DNA of 64,000 bases from NCBI RefSeq assembly GCF_002087085.1, contig NZ_MWQY01000002.1:124001-188000 (forward strand). The letters run 5' to 3'. This document shows positions 38,073 through 47,934 of the stretch, piece by piece. The stretch's first letter is position 1; each line of letters starts with the position of its first letter. The notes under the pieces are model-generated. The model searched no databases. It saw only the letters and a program-made list of their open reading frames with translations, and was not told the origin of the DNA. The position numbers and the translations under genes are program-made.

Positions 38073-39392
38073 TCAGTCGTTTCTGAAAAGCATAGGCTGA
38101 TGGGTGGCCCCGATAACATCCCTCCACAGGGGTCCCTCAGGGTCTACCGTGTTGCGCTTGTTTATGGCGATTTCGATGGGCAGATGCACAAAGGTGTTGT
38201 TTACCATGCTGATCAGCGTCTTGGTCCGTCCGGACATGGCGGCATGAACTGCATGAGTTCCCAGCCGGGCGCAGTAGATTGAATCGTTGGGATTGGCGGG
38301 AGCGGAGCGGATCATGTAACTGGGATCAATATACTTGATGCTGGTTTCCATTCCCTGTTTTTCGAAGTAGTCCCGTATGGCTTTCTTGAGGAAAAACCCG
38401 ATATCCCCGAGGATCCTGTTTCCCGAAAGATCCCGCTGCTGTTCCGATTCCATGTAGCGCTGCCCGGCCCCTTCGGCGACAAGGATAACCGCATGGTGTC
38501 TCAGTTCCAGTCGCCGCTTGAGGGCTGCAAAGAGTCCCTTTTCCCCTTCCAGATCAAAATCGATCTCCGGGATCAGAACGAAGTTTACATCGTTGATCGC
38601 CAGAGCTGTATGGGCGGCGATGAAACCGGACTCCCGTCCCATCACCTTTACAAGACCGATTCCGTTTATGGCGTCGTGAGCCTCCGTATGAGCGCTGGAA
38701 ACGGCAGCCACGGCCTCGGATACGGCGGTTTCAAAACCGAAGGATTTCTGAATGAAGGACAGGTCGTTGTCGATGGTTTTCGGGATGCCGATAATGGAGA
38801 TCTTCTGGTTACGCCGCTCCAGTTCCTCGGCGATGCGGAAGGCCCCGTGCTGGGTGCCGTCTCCGCCGATGGTGAACAGCATATTCAGGTTCATCCGCTC
38901 GATGGAGTCGCAGATGGCTTCCACATCGGCCCCGCCCCGGGAGGAGCCAAGAATAGTCCCCCCCTTGGTATGAATGTCGTCGACAATATCGGGGTCCAGG
39001 GGCATCACCGGAATTCCGTACTGGGGCAGAAAACCGCGATATCCGTTGCGTATTCCGGATATCCGATGAATCCCGTAGCTGTACCAGAGGGTGCGCACCA
39101 GGGCCCGGATCACGTTATTCAAACCTGGGCAGAGACCGCCGCAGGTCACGATACCGGCATGAACGTGGCCGGGAGAAAAAAAGATCTTCTCCCTGGGACC
39201 GGCCTTTTCCAGGAGGTCTTGAGAGGTATACTCAATGGTATAACTCCCCGGCCTGGCATCGATGTTATAAAGGATAAACTCGTCATCCCTGACGTAGTTT
39301 GCCATATTGTCCCCGGTTTTTGTAGACATCTTGATGGGAGAAGTGATCTTGGCCTCTCCAAGTCTGGGAACGGTAAAATTAAGGGAGTTCAC
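38073..39392 (-). CDS. pfkA: ATP-dependent 6-phosphofructokinase (group X / plant-like)
   Basis: AGPRE, TCGGLCPGLN, GGTILGSSRG, GGDGT (Gly = ATP type), PKTIDND, MGRESG, YIDPSY; GTG at 39392 after GGAGG. Confidence 0.92.
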   Translation of the reverse strand: MNSLNFTVPRLGEAKITSPIKMSTKTGDNMANYVRDDEFILYNIDARPGSYTIEYTSQDLLEKAGPREKIFFSPGHVHAGIVTCGGLCPGLNNVIRALVRTLWYSYGIHRISGIRNGYRGFLPQYGIPVMPLDPDIVDDIHTKGGTILGSSRGGADVEAICDSIERMNLNMLFTIGGDGTQHGAFRIAEELERRNQKISIIGIPKTIDNDLSFIQKSFGFETAVSEAVAAVSSAHTEAHDAINGIGLVKVMGRESGFIAAHTALAINDVNFVLIPEIDFDLEGEKGLFAALKRRLELRHHAVILVAEGAGQRYMESEQQRDLSGNRILGDIGFFLKKAIRDYFEKQGMETSIKYIDPSYMIRSAPANPNDSIYCARLGTHAVHAAMSGRTKTLISMVNNTFVHLPIEIAINKRNTVDPEGPLWRDVIGATHQPMLFRND

Positions 39393-39423
39393 ACAAGCCT
39401 CCTGATTCAGCATGGGTCGGTGT

Positions 39424-39452
39424 ATTGTAGAAAACAAAGAAACAAGTATCAA
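39424..39452 (-). promoter_or_regulatory. sigma70-type promoter of pfk
   Basis: Minus strand TTGATA-17 nt-TACAAT. Confidence 0.6.
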
Positions 39453-39684
39453 GCATACAGGGTACCTCTAAAAACGTGGTATTTTTACCATAGTCAAGGA
39501 GGAAAGATTTTGTAGCGCCCGCAAACTCTTGTGGTAACAAGAGTTGAGGACCGCGGGAAATCTTGACGACGCAGGATATGGGGAAAAGAGTAGTTTTTTC
39601 AAGGTGCCCCATAGGAATGCTTGTATCGGGCGGAAGGAACAGAACAGGGTACGAAAAGACGGAAATAAATTTACCGGGATTTTA

Positions 39685-39713
39685 TTTCAAACTGCATCGC
39701 TTGCTGCTATACT
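39685..39713 (+). promoter_or_regulatory. sigma70-type promoter of the crt operon
   Basis: TTTCAA-17 nt-TATACT with TGn extension. Confidence 0.55.
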
Positions 39714-39750
39714 TTAGTTTAAGACCGGTATAGAGAAAGGCAGAAACACA

Positions 39751-41238
39751 ATGGCAGAGAAAACAGTAGTTATCGGTGCAGGCTTCTCCGGACTCGCGAC
39801 ATCTGCGCTTCTGGCCCATAAGGGGCACCAGGTTACCCTCCTTGAAAAGAATGACTCCACCGGAGGCCGTGCCAGGGAGTGGAAGAGCGGGGGTTTCACC
39901 TTTGACATGGGCCCCTCCTGGTATCTGATGCCGGAAGTCTTCGATGCTTTCTTCGAATATCTGGGAAAGAGACGGGAGGACTATTTCAGTCTTCACCAGC
40001 TCAGCACCTACTACAAGGTGTTTTTTGAGAAGGCTGATGCAGTTACCATTACCGGCGATCTGGATGAGACTAAGAAGCTCTTCGACAGCTTCGAACCCAT
40101 GGCGGGCCTGCGGCTGCAGAAATACCTGGACCAGGCAGAGTATAAATACGATGTCGCCATGAAGGAGTTTCTTTACAGGGAATACCGGTCGATATTTCAG
40201 TTTTTCAACAGAAGGATAATCCGGGAAGGGCTCAAGCTGAACATCTTCACCAATATGGATTCCTTCGTGAAAAACTATTTCCAGGACCTGCGGGCACGGC
40301 AGATTCTTGAGTACGCCATGGTCTTTCTCGGGACTGGTCCTAAAGATGCTCCAGCCCTCTACTCAATCATGTCCCACGTGGACCTGAACCTGGGGGTCTA
40401 TTACCCCGAAGGAGGCATGGCAGGGGCTGCCGCGGGATTTCGCCGTCTTGCCGAGGACTGCGGTGTGCGCATCCTTACCGCCAGGAGTGTAACAGGATAT
40501 GAATACGAGAAGAACAGGATCGCGGCGGTAGTATGCGGGGATGAACGGTATCCCGCAGACCTGGTGGTAAACAGTGCCGACTACCATCACGCCGAAACGG
40601 ACCTGCTTACCAGGGAATACCGGCGCTACAGTCCGGCGTACTGGAAGACCCGGGTCGTTGCTCCCTCAATGTTCATCATCTATATGGGAATCAACAGGCG
40701 GCTTGAGAATATGGAGCACCATAATCTCTATTTTGCAGAGGACTGGGACCGACATTTCGACCAGATTTTCAAGAAGCCCGAATGGCCGTCCAACCCCTGT
40801 TTTTACCTGAGCTGCAACTCAAAGACCGATACCACCTCCGCACCTCCGGGAGGAGAGAATGTTTTTATCCTCGTTCCCGTGGCCCCCGGCCTGGATGACA
40901 ACGATTCCCAACGGGAAGTCTACGCCGAAGAGGTACTCAGGCATATAGAGAAGGTCACCGGAGAAGATCTTCACAGTGATGTCGCGGTACGCCGTATTTA
41001 CAGTCATCGGGATTTTACGGCGGATTACAACGCCTACAAGGGGACCGCGCTGGGGCTGTCCCACACCCTTTTTCAGACCGCGGTTTTCCGTCCCGCCCAT
41101 CAGTCGGCAAAACTCAGGAACCTCTTTTATACCGGCCAGTTCACCCACCCCGGGGTCGGAGTTCCCATGACCCTGATATCCGGACAGGTAGTTGCGGAAG
41201 AGATAGAAAAAATGCTCGGAAAACCCCTTGGAGTATAG
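39751..41238 (+). CDS. crtI: Phytoene desaturase
   Basis: IGAGFSGL, FTFDMGPSWYLMP, YPEGGM, GTALGLSHTLFQT, TGQFTHPGVGVP. Confidence 0.92.
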   Translation: MAEKTVVIGAGFSGLATSALLAHKGHQVTLLEKNDSTGGRAREWKSGGFTFDMGPSWYLMPEVFDAFFEYLGKRREDYFSLHQLSTYYKVFFEKADAVTITGDLDETKKLFDSFEPMAGLRLQKYLDQAEYKYDVAMKEFLYREYRSIFQFFNRRIIREGLKLNIFTNMDSFVKNYFQDLRARQILEYAMVFLGTGPKDAPALYSIMSHVDLNLGVYYPEGGMAGAAAGFRRLAEDCGVRILTARSVTGYEYEKNRIAAVVCGDERYPADLVVNSADYHHAETDLLTREYRRYSPAYWKTRVVAPSMFIIYMGINRRLENMEHHNLYFAEDWDRHFDQIFKKPEWPSNPCFYLSCNSKTDTTSAPPGGENVFILVPVAPGLDDNDSQREVYAEEVLRHIEKVTGEDLHSDVAVRRIYSHRDFTADYNAYKGTALGLSHTLFQTAVFRPAHQSAKLRNLFYTGQFTHPGVGVPMTLISGQVVAEEIEKMLGKPLGV

Positions 41239-41247
41239 CACAACAGT

Positions 41248-42078
41248 ATGGAACAGCATCTGCAGGCCCAGAAACTTCACAGAGACATCTTTAAAGCAGG
41301 AAGCAAAACCTATTTCAATTCAAGTCTGTTTTTTCCGAAGAAGGTGAGGGAGGAGGTCTTCATCCTCTACGCCTTTGTCCGGGTGGCGGACAATTACGTC
41401 GATGCGATACCCCAGGACAGGGAAGGGTTCAACCGCTTCCGGGAGAACTACAGGCGGGCGGTAAAGGGCGAAATCACCGGAGATCCTGTAACGGACAGTT
41501 TTGTGAAACTTGCCTCTCTCCGGGACTTTGATCCCCTTTGGACCGAGGCCTTTTTCAAATCCATGGAGATGGACCTTCATAAAAAGAATTACGACAGTCT
41601 TGAGGAGACCCTGGAATATATCTACGGCTCCGCTGAAGTCATCGGCCTTTTCATGGCCCGCATCATGGGACTGCCCGATGAGGCACATCACCCGGCATGC
41701 CGCCTGGGGCGGTCCATGCAGTATATAAATTTCATCAGGGATATTGCGGAGGACAACAGCTTCGGGCGGCGCTACCTTCCCCTGGAGGAGAGCGGGCTGG
41801 TCTCCCTGAAGGAAGAAGAGACAAGGAAGAAGCCGGAGCAGTTTCGCCGCTTTATGCAGCTGCAGACAGAACGCTACAAAGAGTGGCAGCGCGAGGCGGA
41901 GGAAGGCTATGCCCTTATTCCCCGGCGATACCGGATCCCCATCAGGACAGCGGGAGATATGTACACATGGAGCGCCGGAATCATCGAACAGGACCCCTTC
42001 ATTGTATATCGACGGAAGGTAAAACCATCCAGGGCCCGTATTATTGCCTCCATTGCCGCAAATCTGTTCAGGGCCTGA
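41248..42078 (+). CDS. crtB: Phytoene synthase
   Basis: GSKTYF, LYAFVRVADNYVD, YIYGSAEVIG, NFIRDIAED, RRYLP. Confidence 0.92.
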   Translation: MEQHLQAQKLHRDIFKAGSKTYFNSSLFFPKKVREEVFILYAFVRVADNYVDAIPQDREGFNRFRENYRRAVKGEITGDPVTDSFVKLASLRDFDPLWTEAFFKSMEMDLHKKNYDSLEETLEYIYGSAEVIGLFMARIMGLPDEAHHPACRLGRSMQYINFIRDIAEDNSFGRRYLPLEESGLVSLKEEETRKKPEQFRRFMQLQTERYKEWQREAEEGYALIPRRYRIPIRTAGDMYTWSAGIIEQDPFIVYRRKVKPSRARIIASIAANLFRA

Positions 42079-42088
42079 GGAAGAACCG

Positions 42089-42859
42089 GTGAATCTATAC
42101 CTGCTGATCAATCTGCTGGTGGTTCTTTTCCCACTGCTCCATTCATTTGATCGGCGGGTCGTATTCTACCGTCAATGGGCGGCGGCCTTCAAAGCGATTT
42201 TGCCAGTTGCGGCAGTCTTTATCGCCCAGGACATATACGCCACTGCCGCAGGGCACTGGAGTTTTTCTCCCCGCTACGCAGGGACGCTGAAGATTCTGGG
42301 ACTGCCCCCCGGGGAATGGCTCTTTTTTCTATCCGTTCCCTTCGCTTCCATTTTCGTGTATGCCTGCGTACGGGGCTATCAGAGGGAAAAGACCCTGCCG
42401 GTACCCCGGGGCAGCGCACTGGTCCTGGCGGGTATTGCCCTTATCGGGGCCGGCCTGTTTCATGGAAGGGGCTACACGTTCTGGGTAATGCTCCTTACTT
42501 CCCTGGCCTTTCTGGTACTTCGGCTTCTTCAGCCGCGCCTTCTGAGGAGTCTCAATTTCTGGACAGCCATCGTCATCAGCTATCTTGCCTTCGCCCTGGT
42601 AAACGGAGTGCTCACAGCGGTGCCTGTGGTCAGCTACGGTCCGGAAGCGAACTGGGGACTTCGCATCGGGTCCATTCCCCTGGAGGACTTCTTCTACAGC
42701 TTTGCTCTCCTGAGCCTCAATTTTTCCCTCTTCCGTCTTTTCCTCGACGGGAATCAGGGACCATCCCCGCAGGACGGCTCGTACACTGGTCCGGAAGGAC
42801 AGGGTTCCACCGACAGGCCCCTTGCACCCTACCGTTTTATGGAGAGAAAGGACCGATAG
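42089..42859 (+). CDS. Membrane lycopene cyclase (fused CrtYc/Yd-type)
   Basis: Two repeats with PxE motifs (LPPGEWLFF, IPLEDFFY); multi-TM; GTG at 42089. Confidence 0.82.
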   Translation: MNLYLLINLLVVLFPLLHSFDRRVVFYRQWAAAFKAILPVAAVFIAQDIYATAAGHWSFSPRYAGTLKILGLPPGEWLFFLSVPFASIFVYACVRGYQREKTLPVPRGSALVLAGIALIGAGLFHGRGYTFWVMLLTSLAFLVLRLLQPRLLRSLNFWTAIVISYLAFALVNGVLTAVPVVSYGPEANWGLRIGSIPLEDFFYSFALLSLNFSLFRLFLDGNQGPSPQDGSYTGPEGQGSTDRPLAPYRFMERKDR

Positions 42860-42860
42860 G

Positions 42861-44345
42861 ATGGGTACGCGGGCACTCGTAATCGGCGCGGGTCTTGGGG
42901 GCATAGCGGCGGCGGGGTATCTTGCCGCCGCCGGTTTCGACGTGGAGGTATTCGAACAGGCGGAAGGTCCCGGGGGCAAAGCGGGAAGCGAAATGATCGG
43001 CCCCTACCGCTTTGATACCGGTCCCAGCCTTCTTACCATGCCCTTTGTATTCGACGAGTGGTTTGAGTCCCTGGGAATGCGGCGTTCAGAACATCTGGGT
43101 TTTGTTCCCCTTGCACCCATTACCCGTTACTTTTTCAGCGATGGAAGCGCTCTGCAGAGCTACAGCCAGAGAGAGCTGTTTCTCGACGAGATCCGCTCTC
43201 ATACCCGGGAGAACCCCGAGCATGTGCACGACTACCTCGAGGCCTGCAGGAAAATATATGCCACCGCGGGCAGCATCTTTCTCCGGAACAGTCTTCACGA
43301 AAAGGAGACCTGGCTGTCGAGGGAGTTTCTCCGCGCCCTGCCAGGGCTTCCCTTTATCGGCGCTATGACCAAAATGGACAGCATCAACCGTCGCTATTTT
43401 ACCGACCCCAGACTCATCCAGCTTTTCAATCGTTACGCAACCTACAACGGATCAAGCCCCTATAAAACCCCCGGAACCATGACCCTGATTCCCCACGTGG
43501 AATACAACCTGGGGGCCTTCGGTGTCGAAGGCGGCATCCGCGCCATCCCCGACAGCATGTATGCCGCAGCCCGGGTGAAGGGAGCGCTTTTTCACTTCTC
43601 CAGTCCCGTGGAGAAGATCCTCACGGAAGGGCACCGTGTAAGGGGTATCCGGGTCGGAGGAGAAAGGATTGAATCGTCCGTTGTCGTCAGCAATGCCGAT
43701 GTTCTGAGCACCTACGAAAAGCTGCTCACCGCACCGGATTCGCCGGAAGCCAGGCGTTATCGCACACTGGAACCTTCATCCTCCGGGATAATATTCTACT
43801 GGGGGGTAAAAAAGAGCTTTCCCGGGCTCGGTCTGCACAATATCTTCTTCTCCTCCGACTACCCGGGGGAATTCAGATGGATATTTGAAAAGGGTGATCT
43901 GCCGGAAGACCTGACTATATACATCAACATTACCTCCAAGCTCAGCACCGCGGATGCCCCCGGGGAAAGGGAGAACTGGTTCGTGCTGATTAACGCTCCC
44001 GCGGATTGCGGGCAGGACTGGCAGACGATTACCCGCAAGGTCCGACGCAGGGTGCTGGAAAAACTCTCTTCCCGGCTGGGGATCGAGATTCCACCCCTCC
44101 TGGAAGCAGAAGGGATCCTGACGCCTCCGGAAATTGAGTCCCGAACATCCAGCACCCACGGCTCCCTCTACGGTATCGCCTCGAACAGCATTTCCGCTTC
44201 CTTCCGCAGGCACCGGAACAGGTGCCGATACCCTGAAGGTCTTTACTTCTGCGGAGGCAGCGCCCATCCCGGAGGCGGAATGCCCCTGGTCGTGCTGTCG
44301 GGCATAATCGCGGCAAAACTCGCCATAAAGAACAGGAGGCCCTGA
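42861..44345 (+). CDS. crtD: Carotenoid desaturase, probable 1-hydroxycarotenoid 3,4-desaturase
   Basis: FDTGPSLLTMP, QLFNRYATYNGSSPY, GSLYGIASN, GGSAHPGGGMPL; next to a cruF-like gene. Confidence 0.75.
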   Translation: MGTRALVIGAGLGGIAAAGYLAAAGFDVEVFEQAEGPGGKAGSEMIGPYRFDTGPSLLTMPFVFDEWFESLGMRRSEHLGFVPLAPITRYFFSDGSALQSYSQRELFLDEIRSHTRENPEHVHDYLEACRKIYATAGSIFLRNSLHEKETWLSREFLRALPGLPFIGAMTKMDSINRRYFTDPRLIQLFNRYATYNGSSPYKTPGTMTLIPHVEYNLGAFGVEGGIRAIPDSMYAAARVKGALFHFSSPVEKILTEGHRVRGIRVGGERIESSVVVSNADVLSTYEKLLTAPDSPEARRYRTLEPSSSGIIFYWGVKKSFPGLGLHNIFFSSDYPGEFRWIFEKGDLPEDLTIYINITSKLSTADAPGERENWFVLINAPADCGQDWQTITRKVRRRVLEKLSSRLGIEIPPLLEAEGILTPPEIESRTSSTHGSLYGIASNSISASFRRHRNRCRYPEGLYFCGGSAHPGGGMPLVVLSGIIAAKLAIKNRRP

Positions 44346-45004
44346 TGAATCTCTCCCGGGCTTACAAGGATTACCGAATCGCAGCCATTGTAACAGCCCT
44401 GTTCTACGCCGTCGGAATCGCAGGGCACATCTATCAGCCTGCACTGCCCCTGATGATCGCTCTGACTCCCTGGGTGCTGCTTATCTTCGGAGCTCTGGTC
44501 ATCCTTCAGGTCAATCCTCAGCCGCAGCGAAGGGCACTGCTCTGGATCGGCGGAACCTATCTTTTTACCTTTGTCATGGAAGCCCTGGGTGTCGCCACGG
44601 GCCTCATCTTCGGAGGCTATGTATACGGTGACAGCCTGGGGATCCAGCTGTTCCAGGTTCCCGTGGTCATCGGCTTCAACTGGACAATCATAGTGCTGGC
44701 CCTCTCGGGAGAAATCTTTCGCCTGGTCAGAAACCCGATTACGGGGGGACTGCTTGCCGGTCTGGGAGCAGTACTGTTCGACTGGATTATGGAACCCGCA
44801 GCCATCTCTCTGGATTACTGGCACTGGGACCAGGGCGGCATTCCTCTGCAGAACTATCTTGCCTGGTTCGGCATAGCCGCTCTCTGTTCCTGGGTGTACG
44901 GCAGACTCCGCATCCAGACCGAATCGCGTCTTGGGATCCTCTATGTGCTGATTCAGCTGATCTTTTTTGTCGCCCTGCGGGCTGCGGCAGTTCAATTTCC
45001 CTGA
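44345..45004 (+). CDS. cruF: Carotenoid 1,2-hydratase (CruF/DUF422 family)
   Basis: EALGVATGLIFGGYVYG, VPVVIGFNW, DWIMEP, YWHW..IPLQNYLAWF. Confidence 0.8.
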   Translation: MNLSRAYKDYRIAAIVTALFYAVGIAGHIYQPALPLMIALTPWVLLIFGALVILQVNPQPQRRALLWIGGTYLFTFVMEALGVATGLIFGGYVYGDSLGIQLFQVPVVIGFNWTIIVLALSGEIFRLVRNPITGGLLAGLGAVLFDWIMEPAAISLDYWHWDQGGIPLQNYLAWFGIAALCSWVYGRLRIQTESRLGILYVLIQLIFFVALRAAAVQFP

Positions 45005-45045
45005 CTTGACTGGATTCCCCGGGCAGGAGATTGTACAATAGAGAC

Positions 45046-46740
45046 GTGGGATGGTTCGTTAACAGAAAAAAACCTAAACATATCGGCAAGCTGGGACGCT
45101 ACCGGGCCATTATCAGCAAACTGATTGCCTACGGTTTCGAAGACTTCCTTATGCACCTTGGTCTCGTCAAGGGACCGAATATCGTACGAAAACTCCAGCA
45201 CCGCCGGGGTGCCGCGGTCTCCCATAAAGACCCCATGGCTATCCGTCTGCGCTACATGCTGGAAGATCTGGGACCAACCTTTATTAAACTTGGCCAGATT
45301 ATGAGTCTGAGGACGGACATTCTGCCGGAAGACTATACTGCGGAACTGAGTCAGCTGCAGACCGATGCGCTTCCTCTTCCAGTGGATGATATACGGGCAG
45401 AGATCGAAGGGAGTTTCAACCGCAGCATCGAGCAGATTTTCCGTGATTTCCAGGAAGAACCCATCGCCTCCGCGTCGATTGCCCAGGTACACCGCGGTAT
45501 TACCATCGAGGGAGACGAAGTCGCCATAAAGGTACGGCGGCCGGGGATCACCAACCTGGTGGAAAAGGATCTTAGCATTCTGCGGGACCTGGCCCAGCTG
45601 GCGGAGCGCTATATCCCGTCCCTGAAGATCTACGGTCCGGTTAAAATAGTCGACGAGTTCTCCCGCAGTATTAAAATGGAACTGGATTTCTTTCATGAGG
45701 GACGGGCCTTCGACCTCTTCCGCAAGAGCTTCTCAGAAGAAGAAGGCATTATCATCCCCAGGGTCTACTGGGACTATTCCAACTCCCGTGTACTTACCAT
45801 GGAATATATACCCGGTATTACCGTTGGAGAGTTTATCGAAGAGAAACACAGCGCGGAGGAACGCCGCCGTTACGCGGACCTTGGGGTCAGGTACATCCTT
45901 ACCCAGATATTCAAGTTCGGTTTTTTTAATGCTGATCCTCATCCCGGTAATTTTATCATCACCCCGGAGGGAAAACTCTCCCCCCTGGATTTCGGCATGG
46001 TGGGTTTTATTGACCGCCATATGAAGGAGGCCCTCTTTGCAATCTTTGAAGCCTTCGTCAGAAAAGACCCGAACAAGATTGTCCAGACCTTTCTGCGCAT
46101 GGATTTCATCGAGGAGGAGACCTCCATTCATGATCTCCGCCATGATCTGAATAATCTGATCAACTATTATTACAGCATTCCCGTTGCACACATACGGGCG
46201 GGAAAGATCATCGAGGACCTCTCCAGGATTATCCGGACCTTCCACATATCCCTTCCCGCCGATCTGGCTCTTACCTTCAAGGTGATTCTTACCGCGGAGG
46301 GACTGGGCCGTGAACTCGATCCGGAGTACAACATCATAGAGGCGGCGGAACCCTTTTTGCGGGATTATATGTTCGAGAGGTTCAGGCCCAAAGAACGCTT
46401 TACCGATACCCTGGATTTCCTGACAGAGGCGGGGACCTTCGTACGGGGCCTGCCGAACGACGCCAGCATGATTATGAAAAAGCTCAGGGCCGGAAAGCTG
46501 AAACTGGAGGTGGAGATAAAAGGACTGGATACCACCACCAGAGAACTGGACAAATCCTTCAACCGCCTGGCCTTCAGCATTATTATCGCCGGGCTTTTGA
46601 TCGGATCATCCTTTATGAACCAGTTCGAAGGGGGCCTCAAGGTATTCGGGTTTTCCATAATCGCCCTGGCCGGATACTTTGTAGCCGGCATCCTCGGGCT
46701 CTGGCTGATCATCGGGATCATCCGGTCCGGAAGAATATAA
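45046..46740 (+). CDS. ABC1/UbiB/AarF-family atypical kinase
   Basis: LGPTFIKLGQ, ASASIAQVH, VAIKVRRP, NADPHPGN, LDFGMVG; two C-terminal TM helices; likely GTG start at 45046. Confidence 0.9.
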   Translation: MGWFVNRKKPKHIGKLGRYRAIISKLIAYGFEDFLMHLGLVKGPNIVRKLQHRRGAAVSHKDPMAIRLRYMLEDLGPTFIKLGQIMSLRTDILPEDYTAELSQLQTDALPLPVDDIRAEIEGSFNRSIEQIFRDFQEEPIASASIAQVHRGITIEGDEVAIKVRRPGITNLVEKDLSILRDLAQLAERYIPSLKIYGPVKIVDEFSRSIKMELDFFHEGRAFDLFRKSFSEEEGIIIPRVYWDYSNSRVLTMEYIPGITVGEFIEEKHSAEERRRYADLGVRYILTQIFKFGFFNADPHPGNFIITPEGKLSPLDFGMVGFIDRHMKEALFAIFEAFVRKDPNKIVQTFLRMDFIEEETSIHDLRHDLNNLINYYYSIPVAHIRAGKIIEDLSRIIRTFHISLPADLALTFKVILTAEGLGRELDPEYNIIEAAEPFLRDYMFERFRPKERFTDTLDFLTEAGTFVRGLPNDASMIMKKLRAGKLKLEVEIKGLDTTTRELDKSFNRLAFSIIIAGLLIGSSFMNQFEGGLKVFGFSIIALAGYFVAGILGLWLIIGIIRSGRI

Positions 46741-46767
46741 AGAGTCGTTTTTTGCAGGTACCCGGTT

Positions 46768-47838
46768 TCAAATCTTCCTGTTGAAATTATACTCTGCAAA
46801 AGAGGAAAGGATCTCCCTGAACTCCCCGTATGCGGAATCCAGGCCGCCGATTTCATCCTCGATTCTGCTCTGGTATTCCTGGCAGAGGGATTCAACCTCC
46901 TCCAGAACACCCGTCCGGTCCAGCTTCTCCTGTACAAAACGAATATCCTCAGGGCTCACCTCCGAGGCGCCTGCAAGACGGGTTATTCTCTCCTTCTCCG
47001 GTCCTGCCAGCCGACTCAGCAGTTTAACATAGAAGATGGTCTGCTTGCCCTCGTTCAGATCGGTCCCCACGGGTTTGCCTATCTCCTGCTGCTTTCCGAA
47101 AAGACCGAGCTCATCATCCCGAACCTGGAATATAACCCCCAGAAGCTCCCCAAGACGGCTCAAGGTTTCGAGAGATCTTTCATCCGCCCCTCCTACAAGG
47201 GCCCCCGCCATCAGGGGCAAGGAGAAGGTGTAGCGTCCGGTTTTGTGAACATAGAGGGAGAGAACCTCCTTCTCCGAAGGCGGCTGTGGCAGAACCCCGG
47301 CCCGTATATCCTGCATCTGTCCCAGTCCGACACCGGTCATCTCCCGGGAACAGAGACGCATCAGCTTTCCAAGGACTTCCGGAGAAACCCGGATGGACGA
47401 AAGAATCTCGTAGCCCAGGAAAAAGGCGATATCGCCGACACAGATGCCCAGGGATTCCCCTGTCCGTTCCGCATCCACAGCTCTTTCCTTCCTGAGATCC
47501 CCGGCAAACTGAACATGCATGGCCGGCTTTCCCCGTCTCAAAAGGTCCCGGTCCATTATGTCGTCATGAATAAGCAGAGCGGACTGGAACAGCTCCATAA
47601 CAGCCCCCAGTTTGTCAGCCTCCGCATCCACATTACCCGAAAAAAGACCCTGCCCCAGTCCGGCAAGGCCGCCCCGGATCATTTTCCCTTCCCGGGAATA
47701 CTCAAGAAGCCTCTCCGCGGCAGCCGATCCCATGGGGTTGATTCCTGCAAGTTCACCGGCCCGGTGATGGAGAAAACCCTCGAGATATTCGTATATTGCA
47801 TTCCTGCGCAGGGCAAAAAACTCTTTCATACCTGTCAT
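46768..47838 (-). CDS. Polyprenyl (probably geranylgeranyl) diphosphate synthase
   Basis: GKMIRG, LIHDDIMDRDLLRRG, GQMQD, KTGRYT, FQVRDD; convergent on the crt operon. Confidence 0.88.
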   Translation of the reverse strand: MTGMKEFFALRRNAIYEYLEGFLHHRAGELAGINPMGSAAAERLLEYSREGKMIRGGLAGLGQGLFSGNVDAEADKLGAVMELFQSALLIHDDIMDRDLLRRGKPAMHVQFAGDLRKERAVDAERTGESLGICVGDIAFFLGYEILSSIRVSPEVLGKLMRLCSREMTGVGLGQMQDIRAGVLPQPPSEKEVLSLYVHKTGRYTFSLPLMAGALVGGADERSLETLSRLGELLGVIFQVRDDELGLFGKQQEIGKPVGTDLNEGKQTIFYVKLLSRLAGPEKERITRLAGASEVSPEDIRFVQEKLDRTGVLEEVESLCQEYQSRIEDEIGGLDSAYGEFREILSSFAEYNFNRKI

Positions 47839-47934
47839 GCCTCTTCATTTCTTCTAACTTACAGCGTACATTCCCAGCTTCCTAAATGAAGAGGGCAATG
47901 TCAAGCTTTTCTGCTTTTCAGAACCAATGCCGGT

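Noticed and set aside
45046..46740. Assigning the symbol ubiB (ubiquinone synthesis)
   Set aside because: No ubiE/ubiJ context; only family membership is supported
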